DNA of 39,058 nucleotides from a virus (taxonomy: Duplodnaviria > Heunggongvirae > Uroviricota > Caudoviricetes): IMG/VR virus record IMGVR_UViG_3300012208_000002; one strand, given 5' to 3'. Made by a program: the position numbers and the translations under genes. This document shows, in pieces, positions 28,863 to 38,839 of this stretch (position 1 is the first letter of the stretch; the number at the start of each line of letters is the position of its first letter). A model generated the notes under the pieces. The model was not told the origin of the DNA, did not search any database, and saw nothing but the letters and a program-made list of their open reading frames with translations.

Positions 28863-29057
28863 ATGGCAAAAGCAAAGAACCCTTCACTTTATAGAGCGAT
28901 GCATAATCTCCGCAAGGGCGGACTTCACCGCGCTCTAGGTGTTCCCGCAGGCGAGAAGATTCCCGCTGATAAGCTAGAATCGGCTCGTAACTCGGATAAC
29001 GCGCACGTAAAGCACATGGCTAACTTCGCGCACACAATGTCAGGTTTCAAAAAGTAA
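28863..29057 (+). CDS. small basic phage protein (KGGLHRALGVPAGEKIP motif)
   Basis: start trimmed to MAKAKN. Confidence 0.7.
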   Translation: MAKAKNPSLYRAMHNLRKGGLHRALGVPAGEKIPADKLESARNSDNAHVKHMANFAHTMSGFKK

Positions 29058-29263
29058 TGAAAGCGGACCAGATTTTAGATACCCTGATAAATAAGTTTCA
29101 CATCATTTTAGGTAGCGCAGCCCAAGCAGCCATATTCGTTTACCACTTTAAAACTGGACACGATCTAGGCGCTGGAGTGCAGAATACCGTTTACGGATAC
29201 TACGCATTCCTTGCAGGCCATGCCCTTACTTACCAGAAGTACCCAGACAAAGACGCACAATAG
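29057..29263 (+). CDS. small membrane protein (holin-like)
   Basis: two short hydrophobic segments, TAATG overlap. Confidence 0.55.
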   Translation: MKADQILDTLINKFHIILGSAAQAAIFVYHFKTGHDLGAGVQNTVYGYYAFLAGHALTYQKYPDKDAQ

Positions 29264-29269
29264 GTTCCC

Positions 29270-29446
29270 ATGCTTGAAAAGGATTTGCTGAAGGTTATAG
29301 GTAAGCTCATGGTTCAGGTTGAAGAAGAGAGACGCCGACGCATAGAAGCTATACAGGCGTTGACTAGTCTTCCTTTACTGAAACCATTTTCTATTCATAT
29401 TCCTACGGATGAGGAGATAGAGAGAAGAATTCAAGAATTATCATAG
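29270..29446 (+). CDS. 58-aa hypothetical protein (MLEKDLLKVIGK...)
   Basis: read manually. Confidence 0.55.
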   Translation: MLEKDLLKVIGKLMVQVEEERRRRIEAIQALTSLPLLKPFSIHIPTDEEIERRIQELS

Positions 29447-29453
29447 GTGTAAT

Positions 29454-30104
29454 ATGGCTGGCGAAAACCCAAACGAACAAGTAATCTGTTACGTTTCACG
29501 TCACGGTACTACTGACTGGAATGCGAATTCCGGGAACGGTGGCGGAAGATACAGAGGTCAAAAAGATATCCCGCTAGACGCTCAGGGAAGAGAAGATGCG
29601 AAAGAGGCTGCTAGGTTTCTTGCTAATATAAAATTCGGTCAAGCCTGGTCTAGTGATTTAAGCCGTTCAAAAGATACAGCTAAAGAGATATTAAAAGGGA
29701 AAGGCATCAAGGTCATCCCGCTAGCATCCCTAAAACCATTGGATTCGGGTAAGTTTACAGGCATGCAGAAAGACGACGCCAAAGAGGACATGAAGTACTA
29801 TCAGGAACATACAGATGTTCGAATTCCTGGCGGAGAGTCTATCGACGGAATGCATAAGCGAGTTCGTCCTCCTGTATTCAAAGCATTCAGGGCAGGGCTA
29901 AGAACAGGAAAGCCTAGCCTTCTTGCTGTACACTCAAGCGTAATTCACAGTATAGGTCACTTGCTTCATGACGACCACACTGCCGCTCTAGTCGAGCCTG
30001 GTGGAGTCATCGAAGTTATATTTGACGGAAAGAAGTTTCACGCAAAGCCGATTTTCAAGGCTAAGAATGATAAGGGTACGGGGGAAGCGCACTACGCTTC
30101 TTAG
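29454..30104 (+). CDS. histidine phosphatase superfamily protein (phosphoglycerate mutase-like)
   Basis: SRHGTTDWN, DIPL, SSDLSRSKDTA, PGGES, AVHS. Confidence 0.9.
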   Translation: MAGENPNEQVICYVSRHGTTDWNANSGNGGGRYRGQKDIPLDAQGREDAKEAARFLANIKFGQAWSSDLSRSKDTAKEILKGKGIKVIPLASLKPLDSGKFTGMQKDDAKEDMKYYQEHTDVRIPGGESIDGMHKRVRPPVFKAFRAGLRTGKPSLLAVHSSVIHSIGHLLHDDHTAALVEPGGVIEVIFDGKKFHAKPIFKAKNDKGTGEAHYAS

Positions 30105-30127
30105 TTTTACAATAATAGAGGGACAAT

Positions 30128-32479
30128 ATGCTAGCGGGACAGGAAAAGAGGGATTGGGAGTTTGTAAGCTATCGAGCAAAGAAGCAGATGGCACTCTGGC
30201 CCAGGTTGGTCAGGGGAGAAGCCGAAGGACTCGATCTTTCTGGGGTAGACCCTGAAATTCTTGCTTGCTGCGTTGAGGGAAAAAACTTCCGAAGCGAAGG
30301 TCACGTTAGTCCTGTAGACGGAACGGGCCGTATAAAGTCTCCGATGGAAGAGATGTGGCTACTGTACATCGGCGTACAGAGCATATCTGAAGAAGACGAA
30401 GCACGCGGCAAGGATAAGCCTGAGTCCAAGACTAAGGCCAAATCTAAGCCTAAGAAGTCGAAGGATCGGGATGACGAAGCGATAGAGCCTATCAAGGCCC
30501 GTCGAGTAGTAGGTCATCAGATTATCGATAAGGATTCAAATCCTACGGATCAGTGGTCTTACGATTCCGTTCAGTGGATTAATGACAAAACAGGAAAGCC
30601 AACTGGGGGAATTAACGCCTACGGCGGAATTCATTTCCACGATGACGGCTATCTTGATTTTTCAGCGTGGCTGTATGCTAGGGACCAGGCTCGAAAAGAC
30701 CTTCTCTGGTTTAACGTCGCCGTACTGGGGAACACTAAAGTAAACAGAGCAACTCATCAAATTGTATGTAATCAATTCGTTCAGAAGAATTTTGATGGGG
30801 TGTATAGGCGTGGATATTCTTTGGACGTGGTCCAGGCATCTATCGGACGCCAAAATCGAATTCCTGTTCAGTGGAATCCGGTTATTAAGAATTACGAACC
30901 CATTCTAGAAGAAGCATCGATTCCAGAGAATTTAGAGTCGATGATGATTTTGCTGTACCCTCGTGGATTTTTCAAGTCCACTATCGGTCGTGCAGACGCG
31001 GTCCAATGGCTGTTGAATTGCCCTGACATATCTATGATGATTATGACTGCGGCCCGCGACCTAGCGGCCCAGTTCGTTTTGGATATAAAAAGGCAATTTT
31101 ATTTAGCGAAAGGCGCAGACCCGAAAGCACTTCATTTACTATTCCCTGAGTATGTTCTTCGCGGAGTAGACGGAACTTCGGCTGAAGACTTAATTTGCCC
31201 TGCTCGCCGCCGTGAACGCATTTACCCAACTTTATGGGCTGATAGTATTGATTCTACACTTTCTGGGTGGCACTGCGATTTATTGAAGTTTGATGACGCG
31301 GTCTCAAACACTAACTGTCTTACAGACACGACCAGAGAAAAACTTCGTGGCAGTATCGATAACACCCTGAACTTATGCGATCCTTGGGGCAAAGTCGATA
31401 TGCTAGGAACCAGATACTTCCCTGACGATTATTACGGAACCCGTTTTGATAAGTATATCGAAGAACCAGAGACGGCGGGATTGAAGTTTTTTGTTGGCGC
31501 AGCATGGTACGTTAAATCAGAGTTCATTCATATCGAGAGAAAAAGTCTCAGAGATTTGATGGAACATATGGTTATTCTGACGTTCCCAGAGCACGCCTCT
31601 TTTAAGTCTCTTCGCGGAAAACTGGTTAACAATGAGCAAGAATTTCGTTGCCAGCAGTTAAATCAACCTGTGTGGGGAGCAGGCAAGGTTGATCTTCCTC
31701 TTGCACTTCTACAAGCCCACATGATGTTGCCTACAGAGGCTAAGGCTCTGAAAGGCGATGTCCTCATTATGGGCGACATGGCTAAAGAGGCCAAGAAAAA
31801 CTCAGATTACTCCGCCTTCGTTGCCGTAAAGATTTTTCAGAGAATAGACCAAGCAACAAATACACCGATAGGTCCTGTCTCTGTTGTGGTTCTTGAAGTC
31901 GTTTACGGAAAGTGGAGTCAGTCAGAAACAGCAAACAGTCTTGCAGAACTAAATAAAAGATGGCTGCCGTGGCGTATTCAGATTGAGAATACAGGTGGTC
32001 TAGAGTCTTTTATGACTTACGCCATACCGGATGCATTTAAGAAAACCAACTTGCCTTGGCATCATATTTATTGGGCTGCTGTTGAGCAAGGTTTCGATGC
32101 AAAGCGTAATCGTATTAAGGGTCTAGAAATTCTTCTCAAGGCAGAACGATTGTGGTTCTCTATGGGTCCTTGGAATGACGAAACTTTCTCCCAACTGAGT
32201 CAATACACGGGCGCAAAGAGTACTCGAAGCAGAAAAGATGATATACCAGATGCTATGGCATTCATTTCTAAATACCTGCCTAGCAGCACTCCGAAGACAC
32301 CCGAAGAACAGGAACAGGAAGCAAATCAAGCCGAAAAAGAGATGATGGCAAAATTTCTGGCGGCGCAGCACGAAGCATATTTTGGCAATAGTAATCCCAA
32401 CTTCGCACCACAACAAATAGAGGAATCCCCGATATCTTCTCCGTATGACGACATTAAGAAGAAGTTTTTGGGAAGATAG
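30128..32479 (+). CDS. terL: terminase large subunit with N-terminal extension
   Basis: PRGFFKST Walker A, FDDA Walker B, MGDMA..SDYSA and KDDIPDA nuclease motifs. Confidence 0.9.
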   Translation: MLAGQEKRDWEFVSYRAKKQMALWPRLVRGEAEGLDLSGVDPEILACCVEGKNFRSEGHVSPVDGTGRIKSPMEEMWLLYIGVQSISEEDEARGKDKPESKTKAKSKPKKSKDRDDEAIEPIKARRVVGHQIIDKDSNPTDQWSYDSVQWINDKTGKPTGGINAYGGIHFHDDGYLDFSAWLYARDQARKDLLWFNVAVLGNTKVNRATHQIVCNQFVQKNFDGVYRRGYSLDVVQASIGRQNRIPVQWNPVIKNYEPILEEASIPENLESMMILLYPRGFFKSTIGRADAVQWLLNCPDISMMIMTAARDLAAQFVLDIKRQFYLAKGADPKALHLLFPEYVLRGVDGTSAEDLICPARRRERIYPTLWADSIDSTLSGWHCDLLKFDDAVSNTNCLTDTTREKLRGSIDNTLNLCDPWGKVDMLGTRYFPDDYYGTRFDKYIEEPETAGLKFFVGAAWYVKSEFIHIERKSLRDLMEHMVILTFPEHASFKSLRGKLVNNEQEFRCQQLNQPVWGAGKVDLPLALLQAHMMLPTEAKALKGDVLIMGDMAKEAKKNSDYSAFVAVKIFQRIDQATNTPIGPVSVVVLEVVYGKWSQSETANSLAELNKRWLPWRIQIENTGGLESFMTYAIPDAFKKTNLPWHHIYWAAVEQGFDAKRNRIKGLEILLKAERLWFSMGPWNDETFSQLSQYTGAKSTRSRKDDIPDAMAFISKYLPSSTPKTPEEQEQEANQAEKEMMAKFLAAQHEAYFGNSNPNFAPQQIEESPISSPYDDIKKKFLGR

Positions 32480-32488
32480 GAAACCTAA

Positions 32489-34609
32489 ATGACGGAATCG
32501 TTAAACCAGCACGCGGCTGAAACTCTAGAGAGTAGGGCAGTCGATCCTGTAGGCGATATAACGTCAGAGAACATGAAGAAGGACCAGGATACTGGGACTT
32601 ACATGTACGATGACGGAGCAGCATTAAAACTAGTTATCGATGACGCTGCACGCGCCGATCAGTACGCAAACATAAACCAGTGGTCGAGCGCATGGACGGA
32701 ATCCGATATTATTTTGCAGAGCCCGCGTCAAGCTTCGGCTTTCGACGGTGGTAACGTAGCTCAGGCAAACGTTCCGAAGTTTACGCTTTCAAATCACATT
32801 AGTTCGATTGTTCCTAAAGTCATAGAGGGTTTGTTTTATGAAGACCCCCCGTTCATACTTCGTCCGCGCCCTGGCACAAAGCAAGAAGTAACACGGGCAA
32901 AGACCGCTCTGTTCTCCGCGCAACTTTGGGATATGAAGTTTCAAACCCAGTTGAGACGCGGCACAGAGCAGATGGCTCTTCTGGGCACCACGATATTCAA
33001 GTGGGGCTATCTTGAGCACGACGATCAAATCAAGAGGGCTCGTCGTAAAGCATCCCAGGTAACTCTTAATACAACGATTCCGGTTCCAGCAATCGATACC
33101 CCGGACTCTGACGATTTCGAAACCTACGTTGAAGCAGTAAAGATTTCTCGTCCGTGGATTAGGTTCTGCGATATCCGTACAGTCCTTGTGGACCCTGGCT
33201 GTCGTGTTGGTGATATCCGTGAAGCAAAGTGGGTCATCTATAGAGATTATGTAACGTACGATGATCTGAACAATCTGCGAGCAATTCCAGGCTACAACAT
33301 CCTGAGCGAAGAAGACCTGAAAGCATTCTTCTTGTCTGGTCCAACAGTGGGCGCGGACAACATCAGCATGACTATCCCGGAAGGTATGCGCGGATACTTG
33401 CAGCATGCCCTTCCTAGAAGCTTCAAGACCAGTGCCGATCCTTTGCAGGCACCGATGGAACTTCTTGAACGTTGGGACAGAGATAAAGTTATCGTTATAC
33501 TGTCTTTCAACGGTCAAAACATTTTACTTAGAAATGAACCTAACCCATACGGCAAGTTGCCGTTCCTTAGCGCAAACTGGAGAGACCTTCCAGATAGCTT
33601 TTACGGACAGGGCTTAGGACAACTTATCGGGGCAGAACAAATCGTTGAGCAAGGGATAACGAACCTAGCATTAGACCTACTTGCCTATGGTTTGCAGCCC
33701 ACAGCAGTTCGAAAGAAGGGCTTCAACGTTCCTACTCAGATGACGCGCTGGAAGCAGGGCGGCATAATTGATGTGGACGATGACGTGGAGAAGGCATTCA
33801 AGTTTTTGACGATGCCCCCGGTCCCAGGCGAAGCTTGGCAATTCTTACAACAGGCAAGAGCCGCCGCGCAAGAGACTTCAGGCGCAAACGAACAAGTTAT
33901 GATGGGCGCTGGTTCTGCTGGCGTCAAGACAACAGGAATGCGTTCTGGTACGGGCGCAGCAGCCGTGGTACAGGCTAATGCATCTAGATTGGACGGCCCT
34001 AGCAGCCGCTTGGTAGAACAGGTTTTCGAACCCTGGATTTACCAGATGGACGAACTGAATAATCTGTTGCTTCCGACAAAAGTTCTACGCCGCATATTGG
34101 GCGAAGAATTGGGTATGGTTTACGAAGGGGATCATATCGAGTTTCGTAATGCGAAATTCGAATATGAGGTTCTGGCAGGAGCGCACTTGGGCGCAAAGAA
34201 GGAAATGGCCCAGGCTCTTCCAATCATAATTCAACTTTTGAATAATCCTACATTTACGAAACTTGTTAATGAGGCTCAATTCACATTTGATGCGGTCGCT
34301 ATTTTCAAGGCATTTACTGACGCAGCGGGCTGGAAGTTCAGTCAAGATTTCTTGCGCCAGATGACGCCAGATGAATCGCAACGCTATCAAGCCAACTCTC
34401 CCGCAGCCATGCAAGCGCAGCAATTGCAGGGGCAGAAGGATATGCAGGAACGAAAGTTCCAGCAAGATCGAATTCTTGAAGATGAGAAGTCGCTCGGAAA
34501 GGCTGGAGCAGAGGCACTTCGATCAGCAACTGAACATAGTTTGAGTATGGAGCAAACAGGGGAACCAAGTAGCAATCCTCAGTCCTTCGGATCAACAACA
34601 ACGTTATAG
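32489..34609 (+). CDS. portal protein (P22-like)
   Basis: 706 aa after terL; NPYGKLPF, FYGQGLGQLI, Q-rich C-terminal barrel. Confidence 0.85.
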   Translation: MTESLNQHAAETLESRAVDPVGDITSENMKKDQDTGTYMYDDGAALKLVIDDAARADQYANINQWSSAWTESDIILQSPRQASAFDGGNVAQANVPKFTLSNHISSIVPKVIEGLFYEDPPFILRPRPGTKQEVTRAKTALFSAQLWDMKFQTQLRRGTEQMALLGTTIFKWGYLEHDDQIKRARRKASQVTLNTTIPVPAIDTPDSDDFETYVEAVKISRPWIRFCDIRTVLVDPGCRVGDIREAKWVIYRDYVTYDDLNNLRAIPGYNILSEEDLKAFFLSGPTVGADNISMTIPEGMRGYLQHALPRSFKTSADPLQAPMELLERWDRDKVIVILSFNGQNILLRNEPNPYGKLPFLSANWRDLPDSFYGQGLGQLIGAEQIVEQGITNLALDLLAYGLQPTAVRKKGFNVPTQMTRWKQGGIIDVDDDVEKAFKFLTMPPVPGEAWQFLQQARAAAQETSGANEQVMMGAGSAGVKTTGMRSGTGAAAVVQANASRLDGPSSRLVEQVFEPWIYQMDELNNLLLPTKVLRRILGEELGMVYEGDHIEFRNAKFEYEVLAGAHLGAKKEMAQALPIIIQLLNNPTFTKLVNEAQFTFDAVAIFKAFTDAAGWKFSQDFLRQMTPDESQRYQANSPAAMQAQQLQGQKDMQERKFQQDRILEDEKSLGKAGAEALRSATEHSLSMEQTGEPSSNPQSFGSTTTL

Positions 34610-34636
34610 TAGTTCAATAGAACAATAAGGAATACA

Positions 34637-34963
34637 ATGGCAAATACCCCACTTTTGGCGAATGAACTTACAGATACTCAGCGGGTTTCTTTAGCATCGC
34701 TAAGGCAACATCCCGGGTTTTCTGTGTTAGAAGAATTACTGATGGCCGCATGTAGGAGAGCCACAGAAGAAGTTATCAAACTCGACCCAGTTGAAGAGGG
34801 TTATGAGCGTAAGCTCAAGGCTCTTCAGTCCCGGGCTCGGGAACGCAATGAATTTTCTTCTTTAGTCCTTAAGTCTATAGACTGGCAAGCCCAGGCTGTA
34901 GCGCCCAAGGAAGAAACGAAGAGTGAACCAGAATTCAATAGAATTGTAAAAGGATTGAAATAA
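34637..34963 (+). CDS. hypothetical protein between portal and scaffold
   Basis: AAGGA RBS, ORF track. Confidence 0.75.
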   Translation: MANTPLLANELTDTQRVSLASLRQHPGFSVLEELLMAACRRATEEVIKLDPVEEGYERKLKALQSRARERNEFSSLVLKSIDWQAQAVAPKEETKSEPEFNRIVKGLK

Positions 34964-36147
34964 TGAACACACAAATAACTCCTGAGACTCTCACGTTCGA
35001 CCATATCAAATCGTGGACCCCGCAGGAAATGAAAGACCAGATGCGCCGTAGCCCCGAGATGCGAGAGGCTGTTTATAACATCGTAAAGGTTAAATCACAG
35101 GCGGATATTGAAGCGGCTCAAGCAGAGATGGAAGCTAACAGTGCGCCTGTTGTAGAAGAGCCCCCTGTACAGACTCCTGAAGAGTTAGCCGCAGTGGAAG
35201 CACAGCGGGTAGCTGCCGAACAAGCAGAGACTCAGCGTATCGCAGCGGAACAAGAAGCGGCTCGCGTAGCAGCGCTACCTAAGAAATTTGTAGCCGACTA
35301 TCAGATTAAGGATGAAGATGGCAACCCCATCGGTCGCCCTACTCACCTTGAAGCAGCATCAGAAGAAGAATTGCGCGGAAAGGTTATAGAAGCGCACGTT
35401 CAGGCGACCAGAGCATTTCATCGCTTGAAGAAACAGAAAGTCTCATTCAAGGAACAGCCACAACCCGTAGTTCCAACGCAGTCATCGGACGCGGAGTTGT
35501 TGGCATTCATGAAGGATTTGAAGTCAGATGACCCTCAGAAACAGCTTGACGCTGTTCGAAAGGTTCAAAAGCTTGATACGGATAGGTCAAAGGCCGAATC
35601 AGATCAGAAGCTCGCCGAAATTAACGAACTCAGACGCCAGGAACAGGTAAGCTATAAGTTCTTGACGCAGCATCAAAAAGACTTTAACAATTGTGAAGCG
35701 AACATCGCATTAGTCAAGGGATACTTCCAGGATAATGAACTTGCCTGGACATCCGATAATCTTGAAATCGCTTTCCATGCTTTGGAATCAGAACTGGCCC
35801 CAGTGGAGTCAGTCGCGGCTATCGTTCCGGCTAATCCGGTAGTAGTCGCACCCGTAACAGTAGTACCAGCAACGCCAGTGGTAGTTCAGCCAGTGGTGAT
35901 TGCTCCAGTCGTGCCAGCGCTTCCGGCTAATCCGGTAGTGGCTGCTCCTCGACCGGGAGTCAACGGAAGTATAGTTCCAGGACAGAACTCAGGTTCTCGC
36001 CCTGTCGCTACGCCTACGAAAACTATAACAGCGGAAGAAATTAGATCATGGGACGGACCTACGATGCGTGCGAAGATGCGTAATCCCGTACTTCGAGCGC
36101 AAATTGAAGCTGTAGCAGCTTCTCGAAAACTTGGTCCCAGGGCATAA
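34963..36147 (+). CDS. putative scaffolding protein
   Basis: E/A/Q-rich helical region, Pro/Val linker, directly upstream of the capsid gene. Confidence 0.65.
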   Translation: MNTQITPETLTFDHIKSWTPQEMKDQMRRSPEMREAVYNIVKVKSQADIEAAQAEMEANSAPVVEEPPVQTPEELAAVEAQRVAAEQAETQRIAAEQEAARVAALPKKFVADYQIKDEDGNPIGRPTHLEAASEEELRGKVIEAHVQATRAFHRLKKQKVSFKEQPQPVVPTQSSDAELLAFMKDLKSDDPQKQLDAVRKVQKLDTDRSKAESDQKLAEINELRRQEQVSYKFLTQHQKDFNNCEANIALVKGYFQDNELAWTSDNLEIAFHALESELAPVESVAAIVPANPVVVAPVTVVPATPVVVQPVVIAPVVPALPANPVVAAPRPGVNGSIVPGQNSGSRPVATPTKTITAEEIRSWDGPTMRAKMRNPVLRAQIEAVAASRKLGPRA

Positions 36148-36185
36148 CAATCCGCGCTAGACATTGAACATAGGAGGGTACTGCT

Positions 36186-36277
36186 ATGGCAGGCTCACCC
36201 AACCCGGCAGCAGCAAACGTCGGGAATATACTTACCGCACAGAGCATTCTGTTCGATAAGGAACTAATTCCGAACCT
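36186..36277 (+). CDS. major capsid protein, exon 1 (MAGSPNPAAAN...LIPN)
   Basis: AGGAGG RBS; in-frame TAA 4 nt into the intron; joins exon 2 in frame. Confidence 0.8.
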
Positions 36278-36446
36278 CAATTAAGGGGTCACTCAGAAGT
36301 TGAGTGAGAATTTTCTCTAATGGACTTGAACCCTGAGACGGGAACAAGGCGGAAGCGAAAGCACCGTGAGAGACTAAACGAGAAAACGTCGAAAGACGAT
36401 GCGATAGTCCGCTCTAACAGTAAATGAACTGTTAGTTAACATATGG
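36278..36446 (+). mobile_element. ORF-less group I intron, 169 nt
   Basis: P3 TTTTCTC/GAGAAAA, P7 GAGACTA..GATAGTCC, P5, P6, P8, P9 hairpins; U before 5' site, G at 3' end. Confidence 0.85.
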
Positions 36447-37389
36447 CAAGGGCGAAACGGACGCCTTTCTAGCAGCGGCAGAACGCCGTGTGCAACCACT
36501 GAACGCTGGCATCAACCGCCAGTTCTTTCAGTATAACACATTGACCGGGGATACAACCCAGGTCGGTGATGGTGTTATCGGCTCACCCGAGTTTATCGGA
36601 CAGATCAGTTCTCCGGCTCAGGTTGGCGAATGGAACAACTACAGCAACTTCTCAAGCTTCGTCATTGCATCAGCATTGGATGACGTTGTTGGGAACAGCG
36701 CAGTTGAACTAGGATACCAATCTGGTCAGAGCATCTCCGAACTGTACAGCGCAGTTGCTGACGCAGCAGGAGCAGCATCTGTCGATTCTCAGGTTAACCA
36801 GAGCAGCTTGCTAACTTCACCTTTCGTTCTCGACTTGGGAACATTGCGTGAACTGAAGCAGCAGCTTGTTTCAAAGAACGTTCTGCCTTGCAAGGCAGGA
36901 AAGTTCATGGGCGCAGTAAGCCCGAACGTTCTAGGTGACATCTTTAACGCTACGACAGTGAACAACTCAATCGTAGACTTGTGGAAGCTTGGTAACATCG
37001 ACAAGTTCGACAAGATCGCTGGTTCCGACCAGAAGATGGACATCGAACTCCCAGGCACAAACATAGTGCTTCGCCAGACCCCGTTCGTGACCACAACCGC
37101 AAACTACCAGTCATCTGGAAAGATTGCATACCGCACATACGTGTTCGGTAACTACGCTATCATCGGCGTATGGTTGGAAGTCCCGGGCGACACCGACCTT
37201 CACGAAGGCGACTGGCGCACGATTGACTGTAAGGTTGTTGACAATGCTCCCGCATCGTCATTCGATCCTACGGGAACAATCGGTGGATGGTGCTCTTACA
37301 AGTTCCACCAGACGGTTTCATTGCCGCCTGCCCGTGGAGCAAACACGCAGAGAATGCGCTGGATTGACAGTGTCCCTGCAATTCAGTAA
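36447..37389 (+). CDS. major capsid protein, exon 2 (spliced product 344 aa, N4-gp56-like pattern)
   Basis: spliced junction reads FDKELIPNLKGETDAFLAAAERRVQP. Confidence 0.85.
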
Positions 37390-37398
37390 AGAAATCGC

Positions 37399-37427
37399 TT
37401 GACACGGGTTACAACTTGTGCTAGGCT
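37399..37427 (+). promoter_or_regulatory. promoter TTGACA-N17-TAGGCT with TG extension
   Basis: exact -35, 17-nt spacer. Confidence 0.6.
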
Positions 37428-37435
37428 TTAGATTA

Positions 37436-37463
37436 GGGGAGTGTGCTATGAACATACTCCCTT
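37436..37463 (+). terminator. hairpin after the capsid gene (possible terminator)
   Basis: GGGGAGTGTG/CATACTCCC, weak U-tract. Confidence 0.5.
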
Positions 37464-37489
37464 AATCACTCTTTTCATAGGAGAGAACA

Positions 37490-38065
37490 ATGAGTCAATT
37501 GATTGATTTAAAGGGACGTGTTTTTGGCCGTCTCGCGGTTCAAAAAAGAATTGAAGACCACACTACAAGTGGCGGTAACGCTATTGTAATGTGGGAGTGT
37601 ATCTGTTCTTGCGGAAAGTATGCCGATGTTTCGTCTAACTCTCTTTCTAGGGGTAAGACTAAATCTTGCGGGTGCCTGTTATCGGAACTAGCCGCTGTAA
37701 AAGGACGTTTAAATAAAATTCATGGGGGGTATTCTCAGTCTTCCGACCCTAATGAACGAATTAAGTTCCAGGCATTAGTTAATATACGAGAAAGGTCAAA
37801 ACATCGGGGATACGAATCTGATTTAGAGGTGGCCGACCTCCCAACACTGACTGATTCATGCCCTGTTTTAGGTGTTAAATATTCTAAAGGTTCTTTGAAA
37901 AACAAAGATTTTGTCCCGTCAGTAGACCGTAAAAATTCGAATTTACCGTACTTGAAAAAGTACAAAAGTAATCTTATGTTCATATCTCATCGAGCTAATA
38001 GGATTAAATCCAACGCGACAATAGATGAGTTGCAAAAGATTTTGCTATACCTTCAAACTAAATAA
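37490..38065 (+). CDS. free-standing HNH-type homing endonuclease
   Basis: LKGRVFGRLAV...WECICSCG...KTKSCGC N-terminus; CPVLG...PSVDR...ISHRANRIK. Confidence 0.85.
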   Translation: MSQLIDLKGRVFGRLAVQKRIEDHTTSGGNAIVMWECICSCGKYADVSSNSLSRGKTKSCGCLLSELAAVKGRLNKIHGGYSQSSDPNERIKFQALVNIRERSKHRGYESDLEVADLPTLTDSCPVLGVKYSKGSLKNKDFVPSVDRKNSNLPYLKKYKSNLMFISHRANRIKSNATIDELQKILLYLQTK

Positions 38066-38128
38066 TTTCCTACAAAATTTCTAGTACAGAATTCGAGGGC
38101 TTCATAGCCTGTCGAGTAAAGGACTGTC

Positions 38129-38785
38129 ATGGCTCAATACATAAAGCCGCCACTGCAAAATCTCGATAAGCCCTGGGGGGTTAATCGTGATTTGAAGACC
38201 ACGCGAGATACAATCAAAAAGATGCTCGCTGGTGGAACCCCTAATTGGTTCAAGTGGCCGAAGGACTACAAAGCGTTTGCCCAGGAATCGATACTCGCTG
38301 ACAAAGAAGTGTCAGACAAGATGGCGTATCGGTACAAGATGGACGATCAAGAGTTGCTAATAAATGAATTAGCAAGAAAGGTCAATCCAATCCGTACCCG
38401 AGATTTCATCGAGAAGCTTCGAAATCATGGGATTAAATGCTACACCATTGATAACGGTTACCCGCCGTCAACAGTGGCATTGTGGGCCTTCAAACCAGGA
38501 ACAGATCACGTCGTACCCGTGTGCTACCTCCAAGTGCCCGCGATGTATGAATGGTCTGTCTTGCGACTCGACAAGCGTGGATTGCCTAATGGAGAGGCAT
38601 ATCGCGGTTGGCGTACAGTCGAAGTCCAGTTGATCGAAAAAGGAATCGTCTCAGAGGCAAGAGCCCACGAGATATTCGGTCACCCCGTTGACGGCCCCGT
38701 CAGCAGGAGATTCCGAAAGAACCTGTTCTGGTACCGCAATCGGCGGGAATTAGCAGGAACTTCAACCTGGGTAGACCAGGACTAA
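38129..38785 (+). CDS. hypothetical protein
   Basis: AAAGGA RBS, ORF track. Confidence 0.8.
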   Translation: MAQYIKPPLQNLDKPWGVNRDLKTTRDTIKKMLAGGTPNWFKWPKDYKAFAQESILADKEVSDKMAYRYKMDDQELLINELARKVNPIRTRDFIEKLRNHGIKCYTIDNGYPPSTVALWAFKPGTDHVVPVCYLQVPAMYEWSVLRLDKRGLPNGEAYRGWRTVEVQLIEKGIVSEARAHEIFGHPVDGPVSRRFRKNLFWYRNRRELAGTSTWVDQD

Positions 38786-38839
38786 GAGGCAGTTTTAGCC
38801 TACACAAACCCACCGAGGTTAATCGGTAAGCGAGAGAAC

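Noticed and set aside
18465-35000. Antisense and alternate-frame ORFs over structural genes
   Set aside because: Fully overlap longer plus-strand genes with RBSs and recognisable motifs.
36490-37389. Capsid gene starting at GTG 36490
   Set aside because: No RBS; the upstream exon with AGGAGG RBS and the group I core explain the locus better.
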